Made by a program: the position numbers and the translations under genes
Assembly: GCA_964016885.1 (NCBI GenBank)
Contig: OZ024749.1
Span: 52,204,001-52,268,000, forward strand
Length of the DNA: 64,000 bases
Direction of reading: 5' to 3'
From: Eledone cirrhosa
Taxonomy: Eukaryota
Shown: positions 11,940-25,455 of the stretch, one piece after another
How positions within the stretch are numbered: the first letter of the stretch is position 1
How the letters are laid out: each line of letters opens with the position of its first letter
The notes under the pieces: model-generated
What the model was told of the DNA's origin: nothing
Databases searched by the model: none
What the model saw: the letters and a program-made list of their open reading frames with translations, nothing else

Positions 11940-13258
11940 AAGTGGTTGTGATGGTGACACGACAAAAAGCACCCAGCCCACACTGTAAAGTGGTTGTGTT
12001 GGTGTCATGACAAAAAGTGCTCAGCCCACACTGTAAAGTGGTTGTGTAGGTGTCATGACAACAAGCACCCAGTCCACACTGTAAAGTGGTTGTGTTGGTG
12101 TCATGACAACAGGTACCCAGTCCACACTGTAAAGTGGTTGTGTTGGTGTCATGACAAAAAGCACCCAGTCCACACTGTAAAGTGGTTGTGTTGGTGTCAT
12201 GACAACAGGTACCCAGTCCACACTATAAAGTGGTTGTGTTGGTGTCATGACAACAAGCACCCAGTCCACACTGTAAAGTGGTTGTGTTGGTGTCATGACA
12301 ACAAGCACCCAGTCCACACTGTAAAGTGGTTGTGTTGGTGTCATGACAACAGGTACCCAGTCCACACTGTAAAGTGGTTGTGTTGGTGTCATGACAAAAA
12401 GCACCCAGTCCACACTGTAAAGTGGTTGTGTTGGTGTCATGACAACAAGCACCCAGTCCACACTGTAAAGTGGTTGTGTTGGTGTCATGACAACAGGTAC
12501 CCAGTCCACACTGTAAAGTGGTTGTGTTGGTGTCATGACAAAAAGCACCCAGTCCACACTGTAAAGTGGTTGTGTTGGTGTCATGACAACAAGCACCCAG
12601 TCCACACTGTAAAGTGGTTGTGTTGGTGTCATGACAACAAGCACCCAGCCCACACTGTAAAGTGGTTGTGTAGGTGTCATGACAACAAGCACCCAGTCCA
12701 CACTGTAAAGTGGTTGTGTTGGTGTCATGACAAAAAGCACCCAGTCCACACTGTAAAGTGGTTGTGTTGGTGTCATGACAAAAAGCACCCAGTCCACACT
12801 GTAAAGTGGTTGTGTTGGTGTCATGACAACAAGCACCCAGTCCACACTGTAAAGTGGTTGTGTTGGTGTCATGACAACAGGTACCCAGTCCACACTGTAA
12901 AGTGGTCATGTAGGTGTCATGAAAAAAATCACCCAGCCCACACTGTAAAGTGGTTGTGTTGGTGTCATGACAACAAGCACCCAGCCCACACTGTAAAGTG
13001 GTTGTGTAGGTGTCATGACAAAAAGCACCCAGTCCTCACAGTAAAGTGGTTGTGTAGGTGTCATGACAAAAAGCACCCAGTCCTCACAGTAAATGATGTT
13101 GGCATTAGGAAGGGGATCCAGCTGTAGAAACCAAGCCCAAATCCGTTCTGTATGAGCAAGACAAGGTCACCTGACCTGGCATTGCCCACAACAGGACAAC
13201 TCATCAAACTCATGTTAGCGTGGAAAAGTGGACATTAAATGATGATGATGATGATGAT
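11940..13258 (+). mobile_element. RTE LINE 3'UTR containing a 48-bp minisatellite (~24 copies, ~11940-13095)
   Basis: Unit gtcatgacaacaagcacccagtccacactgtaaagtggttgtgttggt; unique end colinear with 21740-21910; (GAT)n tail. Confidence 0.85.
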
Positions 13259-13791
13259 ATATATACAGGGCATCTAGTTATTATTCCAGCATAAAGATAT
13301 ATATCTTTTTTTTTTATTAAAATACACTTTATCTCTTTAAACCCCAAAGCCTTTTCATGGGCCCCTAAAGTACCTTGGGACTGACTTTAATCCATATTAA
13401 ATTAGATGAACGAATGTGTAAGTGTATAAGAATGTATGTGTAAGTGTGTATGTGTATATGAATGTATGTGTAAGTATATAGGAATGTGTGTCTATATTAA
13501 TGTATGTGTAAGTGGGTAGGAATGTGTATGGTTAAAGGGAGTTTATTGTTGACTAAATAGATTTGATTACTCAATTTAAACTGTGTGTTGTTGTTAGTGT
13601 CTTTTGTGTTTGTTTTATCTGAGTGTGCATTACTGGGAAATATCTACTTAAATATAAGGAAAACATAACTCAATATAGGCAAAGTTATATATATATATAT
13701 AAGGTAGGGCATCCAGCTATAGAAAATGGATCATATGAGCAAGATGAGGTCACCTGATATATCATCACCACACACACACACATATACATAT

Positions 13792-13826
<35 letters not shown>

Positions 13827-14409
13827 CATGATGATATATCATCATGCTGTCACATTATGTAACTAGACAGGTCAGGTGACCTTGCCTTGCTCATACAATC
13901 CATTTTTTAAAAATGTTCTATAGCTGGATGCCCTTCCTAATATATATATATATATATATATATATGCATGATGATATATCATCATATATATATATGTGTG
14001 TGTGTGTGTATATACATGTGATGATATATTGCTCATACAATCCATTTTGGGTGTTTTTTTATAGCTGGATGTCCTTCGTAATGCCAGCCACATTACAGGG
14101 TGGAATGGAAGCTTTTTTGTTGTGGCACCAGTATGGCCACCATACACAGTGGACCATAACATTATATTTCTATGCATATATGCACACATATGTACATATA
14201 CACACACATATATGCACACACACTGTCAATGTAAGAACCATTTCTATAATGGATGCAGCAATGAAGCAATTGCTCAGTTTTGGTTCTTAAATTAATGTTT
14301 AAGAAACGATTGTCTGGGCAAAGTTCATCTGGATAGAAATTCTTCCAATAGTCTTTAAATCAATCTTGTTTCTAATTCAATATGAAAAACCATTGGTATG
14401 TCTTCTACT

Positions 14410-14760
14410 GTATACTCTTCCTTACCCTAAACACACGAGAGCTTCTATTTATGTCGTCCTTAACCTAAACATATAAGAGCTTCTAATTAGATGTCTTCCT
14501 TACCCTAAACACATGAGAGCTCCTAATTATGTTTTCCTTATTCTAAACCAGTGAGAGCTCTTAATTAGATGTGTTCTATACTCTAAACCAGTGAGAGCTC
14601 TTAATTATGTCTTCTATCTCCTAAACACGTGAGAGCTCCTAATTATGTCTTCCATATTCTAAACACATGAGAGCTAATTATGTCTTCCTTACTCTAAACC
14701 AGTGAGAGCTCCAAATTAGATGTCTTTTTTTACTCTAAACCAGTGAATGTTTCTTATTAG
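14410..14760. repeat. Degenerate ~39-bp minisatellite
   Basis: Repeating ctaaaccagtgagagctcttaattatgtctt. Confidence 0.85.
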
Positions 14761-15034
14761 ATATTTTATCAATGTTATCATGACATATGTTGCTATCAAC
14801 TGATTTAGATTGCTCACATTTATATATTTCATGCCTCATCCTTTCGTTTGCATCCATGTCTGTACAGACACACACACATCTGCATGTATGTATGTGTATA
14901 TATGAGTGTGTGTTTGTATTGCACTTATTTCTGTGGAGATATCACATTAAAAGCCAACATGTTACTTCGCTATTCAACCAACAAAGCCTCAATTCAAAAT
15001 AAGAGTACATTGTAAGTGGATGTAAAATAGAGGT

Positions 15035-15128
15035 GTGACTTATCTACCAGTGGGACTTATCTACCAGTGGGACTTATCTACCAGTGGGACTTATCTACCA
15101 GTGCAACTTATCTACCAGTGCAACTTAT
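15035..15128. repeat. 17-bp tandem repeat (gacttatctaccagtgg), ~5 copies
   Basis: Direct tandem repeat. Confidence 0.9.
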
Positions 15129-15326
15129 ACATAAGTAGATATAGAATGTAAAATGATCAACAATATAATGAAAGTGAAGGAAAATTATTTATTGCTCATA
15201 AAACAGTTTTAGATGGATATAAAATGTCTTTTTGGTTTTAGGTTCCTGAGTTTTTGCCAAAATCCAAATGATTTTTTGTGGTTGATTTTTAATTTTTATT
15301 TTTGATGGTAAAATCCCAAAATGTCT

Positions 15327-15524
15327 TCAAATCAGATCAGAATTATTAATGTTGTGCATCAGGATTGTTACAGAAACTTCTACTTTTCCAGTCATTTTAG
15401 ATATCTTCTGGGGAGTGGGGCGATCAATAAAGAAAGTATCACCCAAGTATTTATTATATAATTTATAATCTTCTTCGTTGAGGGTCATAGGTGCAGAGTC
15501 CTCAAACACTCCTTTCAGTGGTTC
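15327..15524 (-). CDS. Probable terminal coding exon of an unidentified host gene
   Basis: Acceptor ...ttctgacAG then in-frame EPLKGVFEDSAPMTLNEEDYKLYNKYLGDTFFIDRPTPQKISKMTGKVEVSVTILMHNINNSDLI-stop; non-repetitive, protein-like composition. Confidence 0.5.
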   Translation of the reverse strand, partial: EPLKGVFEDSAPMTLNEEDYKLYNKYLGDTFFIDRPTPQKISKMTGKVEVSVTILMHNINNSDLI

Positions 15525-15556
15525 CTGTCAGAATTATAATATATCTATTATATAAA

Positions 15557-16262
15557 CTAGCAGAAAACCCACCATTTGAGTGGTTTTTCTGCTAGTATGT
15601 GTAGTGTGTATATTGATATTATACACAAGTATATATACATGTAAATATGATAAAATAAAATCGTAATTGACAATATACACAGAAATTGAACGAAGACTGC
15701 ATTACACTGTCTTATGTAATCAGTAACGTAAGCCATGGTACATTAAAAAAAAGACGATATTATATATAAACTGCATTAGGAGAAAATTAGTGACGGAAAT
15801 ATATGAATGTTTATTTAAGCGATCGCTAACCGGAAGTGTTGACATTTGAAAATTTTAAAGAAGTGAATCTTTAAATAAGTAATAAAATATATTTAATGAA
15901 CAGCCACGAAATTTAGTAGATAAATTATGTAATATTCATTCATTATTTATTCAAAGTAATCCAACTTATTTTACTAACTGGATTAAAAGAAATAAACCGT
16001 ACGCAGTCCCGCACTCCTTACTTTATTATAATTTAGATTATAATAAATATTATATATTATAAATTATAATAAATATTATATATAATTTATAATAAATATT
16101 ATAATGTATTATAATGTTATATTGTTTTAATCCAAATGAAAATAATAATACATGGTTAGTCCCAGGGTCTAATTTTATTTGATTTGGTCGAGCCGTTTGA
16201 GAATGCATAAGGAAAAGACAGACAGACAGAGAGAGAAAGAATTTTATATATATATATATAGA
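15557..16262 (-). mobile_element. Helitron-like non-autonomous element(s)
   Basis: Minus strand starts A|TCTATATATA...(GTCT)n..CAAACGGCTCGACC and ends with a hairpin plus CTAG|T at 15557. Confidence 0.5.
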
Positions 16263-16349
16263 TATATTATATAATATATAGTACATATTATTATCTGTAT
16301 TATAAATTATAATATATTATATAATTCATAATAAATATTGTGTGTGTTA

Positions 16350-16520
16350 TAAATTATAATATATTTATTATATAAATTATAATATATTTATTATATAAAT
16401 TATAATATATTTATTATATAAATTATAATATATTTATTATATAAATTATAATATATTTATTATATAAATTATAATATATTTATTATATAAATTATAATAT
16501 ATTTATTATATAAATTATAA
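16350..16520. repeat. 23-bp pure-AT minisatellite
   Basis: ataaattataatatatttattat, ~7 copies. Confidence 0.9.
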
Positions 16521-17363
16521 AAATTATAATATATATTATGTTCAATGACTGATCATTTTATTCTCATCACACTTGAATCATTTATTACATATCTCACAAT
16601 ATTTCATATTAACTACTACTATAATGAATATTATGTTTAATGAAATATATAGCAAATTAATTAGAAATTAATTAAATGTAATGAATTTAATTAAACCAAT
16701 AATTAATAATGATTTTTCACTTTGGTACCAGGCTGGAGATTTTGGGAATGGTGGATAATTATAATCAATTTAATTAGTCTAAATAATTATTAATTAACTA
16801 ATAATTCATAGTTCTCCTAATTTTCCCCATTATTTTTATTTTAGATAAAAATTTTTTTAAAAAATTTAATTTTAAAGAAAATCTATTGTTTCACTCTCTT
16901 CTGATATCAATCTCTTCCTTTCTATCTATCTCTTTCTTTCTCTTTCTTTCTATATGTCTATCTTTCTATCTAATATATATACAATGTCCATCATACTTTC
17001 TCACAGATTATTCATGGACAATGTACTCCCATCATGCTCTCACCTCCTCTCTCTCTCTTTCTCTCTCTCTCTCTGGTTACATTCCCTTGACTCAGTAGAG
17101 AGAAAAGTTGAGTATTTAGTCTTACAAGTTATAAGGAATTCCTATTTGTGTTGGTGGCCTGATAAAAATGCACCCAGTACACTCTGTAAAGTGGCTAGTT
17201 CATGAATTGATCCAGCATATCATAGTCTTGCCAAGGACGTATGTTTTACTAATGCTGGTGCCATGATAGCATACACCCAGCACACTCTGTAAAATGGTTG
17301 ATGATCAAACAATGTAAGGTTAGGAGACCCATATATCTTCAGCAGGAAATAACAACCTCACTA

Positions 17364-17612
17364 GTGCAGAGTGTACTTGGTGCGTTTTATTGTAGAACCA
17401 TCTCTACCCCTTTGCAGAGTGTACTTGGTGCGTTTTATTGTAGAACCAGCTCTACCCCTTTGCAGAGTGTACTTGGTGTATTTTATTGTTGAACCAGCTC
17501 TACCTCTTTGCAGAGTGTACTTGGTGTATTTTATTGTTGAACCAGCTCTACCTCTTTGCAGAGTGTACTTGGTGTATTTTATTGTTGAACCAGCTCTACC
17601 ACATTACAGAGT
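17364..17612 (-). repeat. 48-bp minisatellite derived from the RTE/SINE 3' motif, ~5 copies
   Basis: Reverse complement contains aaaatacaccaagtacactctgca, cf. aaaatgcacccagtacactctgtaaag at 17165. Confidence 0.85.
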
Positions 17613-17757
17613 TGTATTCATTTTGTTTATTTTGAACTATATATATATGTATATAGGTTAACAGGGAAAATGGCAAACATACATTAAATGATAACATATA
17701 TATATATATAAAATGATGATTACATATATGTATATAAATATATGTGTGTGTGTATGT

Positions 17758-17854
<97 letters not shown>

Positions 17855-18434
17855 AGAATACAGAAGTTAGACTGTTAATAATGGGTTTGATAATTAGCTG
17901 TCACTGGCATTAATACATATTTCAAGAATCCATAAAACATGTCAATAGTTTGTAGCAAGAATTTGGATAAAATCTTATTGAGACTACTATCATCATCATC
18001 ATCACCTTCGTCACTATCATCATCATCATCACCATCATCGTCATCATCATCATCATTGATATCATCATCATCATCATCATCAATGTCACCACAGGGTGGT
18101 TAAAATGGTGTCAGGTTTGGATAAAAACATCATTAGTATACCTGTTTATACTAGAAATGAGAGCAACAAGAGCTACCAGGCAACACAGTATTTTGTGAAA
18201 TGTTTCAGAAAGCAATCATTTTTCAATATTTAGTTGGTTATAAAAGATGTGCCTGCAAGGAATAACCGTATGTTGATTTAATTTAGTGAAATAAAAGTTT
18301 TGAAATGTAAGGATTCAGCTTGATATTTTCAAAATAGAGTTTTTTTTAGTAGCAATTGAAAATGGTGGATTGAAGGAATAGATGTCTGTAAGTTGTGTTT
18401 GTCAGCAGAAATGTGAATTAAGCTAGTAATTGAT

Positions 18435-18701
18435 TTAACACTTTCAATACTATATTTCTAATGAAGTAGACTGCCTTCTATGGTTTTTAAATAATGTTGA
18501 AAATAATCAACAATTTGGAATGGTTTCATGATATAACTAATTTTCTCATTATTTGATTGATGTTTGGAGCATAACTTAATAAAGATTCTTACTTGAAATT
18601 ATAACAGAGGGGTTTTAGATAATTATAAACACTATAAAACGAACAGATTTGTTTGGTAGATCCTGCAGTGCTTTCAGGTGCTTTCATATTTAAAGAGTTA
18701 A
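18435..18701. mobile_element. Degenerate TTAA-bounded MITE
   Basis: ttaacactttcaatactatatttctaatgaa ... aaagagttaa; same family as 43312-43512. Confidence 0.5.
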
Positions 18702-18993
18702 TGGACCAATAATATTGTCAACATCATAAACCTTTTGGTAGCTTTAAAACTTATTGTATGTACTTGTAGATGTCGGACATATTAACAATTGGCAGATTGG
18801 CAGAATTGTTAGTGTTGGACACTAATAATTGGCAGATTGGCAGAATTGTTAGTGTTGGACACTAACAATTGGTGTTAAATAAGATGTTTTCTGGTATTTG
18901 TTGTGGATCTTTGTATTCTGTGTTCAGATTTCTAACAATTTCTTATAAAAAAAAAGGAGTTTAGTTGATATATAGACCCTAGTAAATATCTCG

Positions 18994-19440
18994 TTCATGA
19001 AAGCCACAGTCGAAAGTGTGTTACTCTACGGGTCAGAAGCATGGACGCTTAATAAAACCCTCGAAAAAAGACAAAATGGATGTTACAAGAGACTCCTGAG
19101 ACAGGCTTTCAACATATCTTGGTGACAGAGAGTCACAAATGGAGAACTCTATCTAGATAGTCCTCCTGTGTCGGATATTGTTTGTCTAAGAAGAATATGC
19201 TTTGCAGGACATTGTTACAGGGCAAAAAAACAGGTGCGACAGCCGTGTTATTTTATGGAAACCTGCGCAAAGTCATAGAAGTAGAGGTTGTTCTGTAACA
19301 ATGTATCTGGATATATTGTGTGTTGACACGGGACGGAATTTAACGGATCTTGGAGTGATAATGTTAGATCGAAACAAATAGAAAGAGTATTGTTCATTGG
19401 ATCGAGGAAACTCAACTCGATTCGTGAGTGAATGAGTAAT
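18994..19440 (+). mobile_element. Decayed RTE/RTE-X LINE ORF2 C-terminal fragment
   Basis: Hand translation FMKATVESVLLYGSEAWTLNKTLEKRQNGCYKRLLRQAFNISW*QRVTNGELY...RRICFAGHCYR, with an in-frame stop. Confidence 0.85.
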
Positions 19441-20014
19441 ATATCTAGTAATTATTGTATGAACCATTATGGGAAGAAAGGTAAATTGCAGGTGTTTTAA
19501 AATTCCAAACATATTGTAATATAAAAGTGTTAGGTATATTGTTTCAGTATACTTTCATTTCTGTTACTTCAAACAACCAAGGTAATGTCCTACAATAAAC
19601 TAATGGAATTATGTTTGTTGCTGTTCTCTAACAATAGCATTTCTCTGTATCTTAGCATTCTTGTATTTCTATTATTTTTAATGCATCTAATGTAGGGCTG
19701 AGAAGATGTATATAAGCCTCCATTTCTCTATCAATTCCCAATATAATAATAACTATACAAGCTGAAATATATATCCAACTCTTAGTGACAGATATGAATG
19801 ACACTTTTCCAATATTTTTCTGAGAGAAATTCCTCCTGAAATTTTAATGTTATTAATTATTTGACCAAAGTAAACAATCAGCCTGTCAGTCAGGCAACAG
19901 ATAGAGGGGAAGATAGAGAGGGTAGGGGGGGGGGATAGAGATAGATAGAGGGGGGAGATAGAGAAAGAGAGAGACTATATAGCAAGTCATTTTATGAAAC
20001 ATTTCAGGATTCTT

Positions 20015-20420
20015 TATATCAATATATACCAGGGAAAGCAGCATTAAAAGGACAATGATGACAATGATGATGATGATGATGATGATGATGTCAATGATGA
20101 TGATATCGATATAATATATAGCTGAAGAATGTGACATTAAAACAGCAATGAGGATGATGATGATGATGATGATATCACTATATAGCTGGGGAAGGTGGCA
20201 TTAAAAACGACGATGACAATGAGAATAAGGATGGTGATGATGATGATATCATATCAATATACAGCTGGGGAAAGTGGCATTAAAACGGTGATGATGATGA
20301 TATCATATCAATATACAGCTGGGGGAAAGTGGCATTAAAACGGTGATGATATCATATCAATATATAGAAGAGGAAAGTGGCATTAAAATGGTGGTGATGA
20401 TGATGATGATGATATCGATA
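20015..20420 (+). repeat. Imperfect tandem array resembling the RTE 3' tail plus (GAT)n
   Basis: Repeated gctggggaaagtggcattaaaacggtgatgatg. Confidence 0.65.
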
Positions 20421-20766
20421 CAAAAAACTACATTAAAGGTAATAAATATTTAATTTTAGAAAGAAAAAAAAAAAAAATTATTTGAAGTAGGTTATACAAT
20501 GTCCTGTAAATTTATTCTTTATCAAAATAAAATTGTTTTAATTTCAGAATCAATAATTCCAAGTGTCTGTTTTAACATGAGAGAATGGTAAAATAAATTA
20601 GTACTTTTCTATAATTGAATGGTTGAATTATGGTCAATAACTTGGAATTATATTTCAACCGACTCTCGCCTCACTTTGTATCAATGACCTATTATCTTTA
20701 ATAGAAAAGGTGGAAATATTGGCTGTCACACAATCTTGAATTTATATAGTGAAATTGATTTCTTCC

Positions 20767-20805
<39 letters not shown>

Positions 20806-20869
20806 TCGATATGACTCATCAATATATATATATATACTTGTAATTGGATAATATTTAATATTACCCACA

Positions 20870-21135
20870 TTATATATATATATATATATATATAGATACA
20901 ATTATATATATATATATAGATAGATAGATACAATTATATATATATAGATAGATAGATAGATACAATTATATATATATAGATAGATAGATACAATTATGTA
21001 TATATATAGATAGATAGCTACAATTATATATATATATAGATAGATACAATTATGTATATATATATATAGATAGATACAATTATATATATATATAGATAGA
21101 TACAATTATATATATATATATATATAGATAGATAC

Positions 21136-21180
<45 letters not shown>

Positions 21181-21189
21181 TAGATACAA

Positions 21190-21220
<31 letters not shown>

Positions 21221-21225
21221 GATAC

Positions 21226-21256
<31 letters not shown>

Positions 21257-22095
21257 GATACAATTATATATATATATATATATAGATAGATAGATACAAT
21301 TATATATATAGATAGATAGATACAATTATGTATATATATATATATATATACATAATTGCTGCGTGCAGGAGAGGCGGTTACGCTGGTATGGACATGTGAT
21401 GCGTATGAAGGATGACAGCTGCATAAAAAGGTGCAGAGCACTAGAAGTTGATGGAAACCGCGGAGTGGGGAGACCCAAGATGACTTGGGATGAGGTGATA
21501 AAAGCCGACCTTACCCAACTACACCTCTCAAAGTCAATGACACACGACCGTGACTTCTGGCGTCACGCAGTAATACAGGGTACCCGACCTCCCATGGGTA
21601 CATGCTGAAGCATATAAACAATATGCCCCCCCCCCCCCCCACCGCAAGGTGGTCGTGGAGGTGCCACGGCAAAAAAGCACCCAGCCCACACTGTAAAGTG
21701 GACGTGTAGGCGCCACGAAAAAGCACCCAGCACTCACTGTAAATGAGGTTGGTGTTAGGAAGGGCATCCAGCTGTAGAAATCAAGCCAGATCAGTTCCTG
21801 TATGAGCAAGGCATGGTCAGCCGACCAGACACTGCCCACAACAGGACAACCCGTCTAACCCATGCAAGCGTGGAAGAACGGACGTAAAACGGTGATGATG
21901 ATGATGATGATATATATAGATAGATAGATACAATTATATATATATATATATAGAGATAGATACAATTATGTATATATATATATATATATATATAGATAGA
22001 TACAATTATATATATATATATATAGATAGATACAATTATATATATATATATAGATAGATACAATTATATATATATATATATATATAGAAAGATAC

Positions 22096-22132
<37 letters not shown>

Positions 22133-22565
22133 TACAATTATATATATATATATATATAGATAGATAGATACAATTATATATATAGATAGATAGATACAAT
22201 TATGTATATATATATATATATATATAGATAGATAGATACAATTATATATATATATATATATATATATAGATAGATACAATTATGTATATATATATATATA
22301 TATATATAGATAGATAGATACAATTATGTATATATATATATATATATATAGATAGATACAATTATATATATATATATATAGATAGATACAATTATGTATA
22401 TATATATATATATATATATAGATAGATAGATACAATTATATATATAGATAGATACAATTATATAGATAGATAGATAGATAGATACAATTATATATATAGA
22501 TAGATAGATAGATACAATTATATATATATATATAGAGAGAGAGAGATAGATAGATACAATTATGA
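20870..22565. repeat. Compound satellite [(TA)n(GATA)nCAAT], interrupted by an RTE insertion
   Basis: Repeated tagatagatacaatta(ta)n on both sides of 21356-21910. Confidence 0.9.
21356..21910 (+). mobile_element. 5'-truncated RTE-clade LINE (ORF2 C-terminus, 3'UTR, (GAT)n tail)
   Basis: QERRLRWYGHVMR...GRPKMTWDEVIKADL, typical of the RTE ORF2 end. Confidence 0.9.
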
Positions 22566-22631
22566 GCATCTAACCCATGCTAGCGTGGAAGATGGACGTT
22601 GTATAGCAAACCATGTCACTCTTCTTTCTTG

Positions 22632-22669
<38 letters not shown>

Positions 22670-22670
22670 G

Positions 22671-22708
<38 letters not shown>

Positions 22709-22710
22709 CG

Positions 22711-22749
<39 letters not shown>

Positions 22750-24294
22750 ATTGTGCAACTCTTATAAGTATTGAATACTTTACCATTGCCCCCCCCCCCC
22801 TCCTCTCCTGCCACTTGTCAACAGGAAATGACATTGTTTTATTAATATATTTTGTGAGGAATCCAAAGAAAGATCCTGAAATCCAAGTACAGCAAGTACA
22901 GAAACCCAAGAAAATAATTTAATAAGATTGTGATGATGATGATGCTGGTGGTTGTGTTGGTTGTGTTGGTTGTGGTGATGATGATAGTGTTGGTGATGAT
23001 GGTGGTGGTGGTCGTGTTGGTTTTGGTGATGATAGTGGTGTTGGTGGTGATGTTGGTGATGATGGTGATGATGTTGGCGGTGGTGGTGATGGTAGTGTTG
23101 ATGATGATGATAGTGGTGATGGTAGTGTCGATGATGATGGTGATAGTGGTGGTGGTGATGGTAGTGTTGATGATGATGATAGTGGTGGTGGTGATGGTAG
23201 TGTTGATGATGATGATAGTGGTGATTAGTTCTGTGAAGAAATATTTAAGGATTGAAATGCTGTAAAGTGGTTGGTGATAGGAAGCTTATCCAGCTGTAGA
23301 AAGCTTGCCAAAGAAAGGGTTGCGAAGACTCTTCAGTTATGTTAAATACATGACAACCTCCTATCCAGGCCTGAGAACAGCAAGCCTCTTCCAGAAAAAG
23401 ATAGAGAGTGTGAGAGAAAAGAAGTGAGAAAGAGATATAGAGGAAGAATTGACCCCAGTACTAGACTGGTACTTTTTTTTTATTGACCTCGAATGGATGA
23501 AAGGCAATGTTAACCTCTGGGATTTGAACTCAAAGAGCAGAGAGCTGGAATGAAAACTAAAAAGCATTTTATCCGACATTCTAACGACCCTGACAATTTT
23601 CTGAGGATATGGAATAAAGCAGTTAAAAATCTGTTCTAGAATCATTGAAAAATGTCCAGCCCCACATATCTTATATCAATTCAATTATTCTGCTCTTTCT
23701 AAAACAAATTTTCGTTGATAAATAAATAAATAAGTGGAAAGCTAATTCTTTCCATGAAATAATCCTATTTCTTGGCAGCAAATTCAATATTTCTTGTGCA
23801 GGAATTTCTTATCTTTAGCACGTTTCTTCCTAAACTTAAGGAAATTATTCTTTATTCTTCAAACATTTCTTAATACTTTATTCTTCAAACATTTCTTAAG
23901 CCATAGGTTTCATAAATTTATTTAACCCTTTCCTTAATATTTACCTGTAACAATTTTCTCTCCAATTTTCTTCCCTTTAACCCTTTTCTCCTCCTATTTA
24001 ACTGAAGTATTTTTCTCTTTCTGTTTTTGCCATTATTCTTTCTTGTTGCAGCATAAAAACCTGCCTTCAGTTTGTCACTGGTTATCTAAATATGGTGCAA
24101 TTTCAGTGCTGTGTTCTCTTATAATTTCTACACTGCTAAATGGCTTGTTTTTCACCTGTGTGTGTGTGTGTGTGTGTGTATATACACACACACACACACG
24201 CACACATATAAATATTTATTTATTTATTTATACACACACACACATTTTCAATTTCTTTGTCTCTTCTATCTTCTGTTTGGGTTCAACATAAAAC

Positions 24295-24620
24295 ATCATC
24301 ATCATCATCATCATCGTTTAACGTCCATCTTCTACGCTTGCATGGGTTTGGACGGGAGTTTTCCCACTTGAGGCAAGATTGGTTGTCTTGCTCGTATAGG
24401 ACTGTCTGGCGGGTTTTCTACGGCTGGCTGCCCTTCCTAACACCAACCACGTTTACAGTGTGGACTGGGAGGTTTTTACCGTGTTACCTACACGGCCACA
24501 TTACAGCGTGGACTGTGTTTTTTTGTCATGACACCTACACGACCTCATTTGTTTCGGACTGGATGTTGTGGTACCAACATAACTTTACATTGAAGGGGGT
24601 GGTGTGGATGGGGTGGGGGT
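24295..24620 (-). mobile_element. RTE 3'UTR fragment
   Basis: (CAT)n-cgtttaacgtccatct...gcccttcctaacaccaacc; reverse-complement homology to 21650-21910. Confidence 0.75.
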
Positions 24621-25271
24621 AGTGGGACAGGGGTGTATTTTTGTTAGAGGTGCCTTATATATATATATATTGAATACATATAAAAATGAGAAAACTCATT
24701 GCTAGAAGAGCCGGTAAAACAGCTATGTGGATATTTTATTGTCTGAGTTAAAATGTTGTTTTGTTGAAGACATAATCACTAATTTTAATTAACACCAACT
24801 GTTTTATAAGATTCTACACAAAATAACAATTCTACCATTTTATAAAATCTTTAAACAATAAGATTCAGTTATTTCTTATAAAATAAAAATAAATAGGAAA
24901 AAATATCTGTGGAAATTCAGTGACGAACCAATTAGCGAAGATATCTTTGTAATTAATTGGTTGTTGTGTGGTAAAAATTGGGTATCTGGCTACACTGTTT
25001 GTTGTGTGTACAGAGTGTACTGGGTGCCCTGAGGCTCGAGGTTCTGTTGTTGGTTTGAGTATGGTCAAAAAGAGAATCTTTTGTTGACTGGAAAGGGTCA
25101 ATGTGTGTGTATTAGTGTGGTCAGTGTGTAGATGTGGGCTGTGGTATGTGTGTGTGTGTCAGTGTGGTGTAGTAGGGTGTTTGTGTGTATAGGTGTGTTG
25201 CTGTAGTAGAGGATAACAGGGAAGGGATTTGGGGGGGGGGTATACATACATACATTTATATTCATATATAT

Positions 25272-25436
25272 AAGAGTCAGGACCCTGACGGCTGAGCTCC
25301 GGCTGTTTCGACGTCGAATTGGCTGGAGCTCTGCCATCAGGGTCCTGACTCTTTTCCTATTACCCACTCTACTACCCTAAGTATCGAGTACTCTGGTGCG
25401 TTATGGTCCACCTGGTTCCTTACCACACTTCGTTCA
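25272..25436. mobile_element. Fold-back short element (82-bp imperfect palindrome plus tail shared with 5246-5332)
   Basis: Palindrome 25272-25353 centred on TCGACGTCGA; tail cctattacccactctact...gcgttatggtccacc. Confidence 0.65.
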
Positions 25437-25455
25437 TTATTCATATACATATAAT

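Noticed and set aside
11994-13127. 377-aa repetitive ORF and overlapping antisense ORFs
   Set aside because: 48-bp tandem unit inside a LINE 3'UTR; open on both strands by chance
18142-18252. Minus-strand segment with a good acceptor and a possible donor
   Set aside because: Stops in all three frames; at most a non-coding exon
24690-24730. ctagaagagccggtaaaacagcta as a hammerhead
   Set aside because: Both core boxes altered and no helix I
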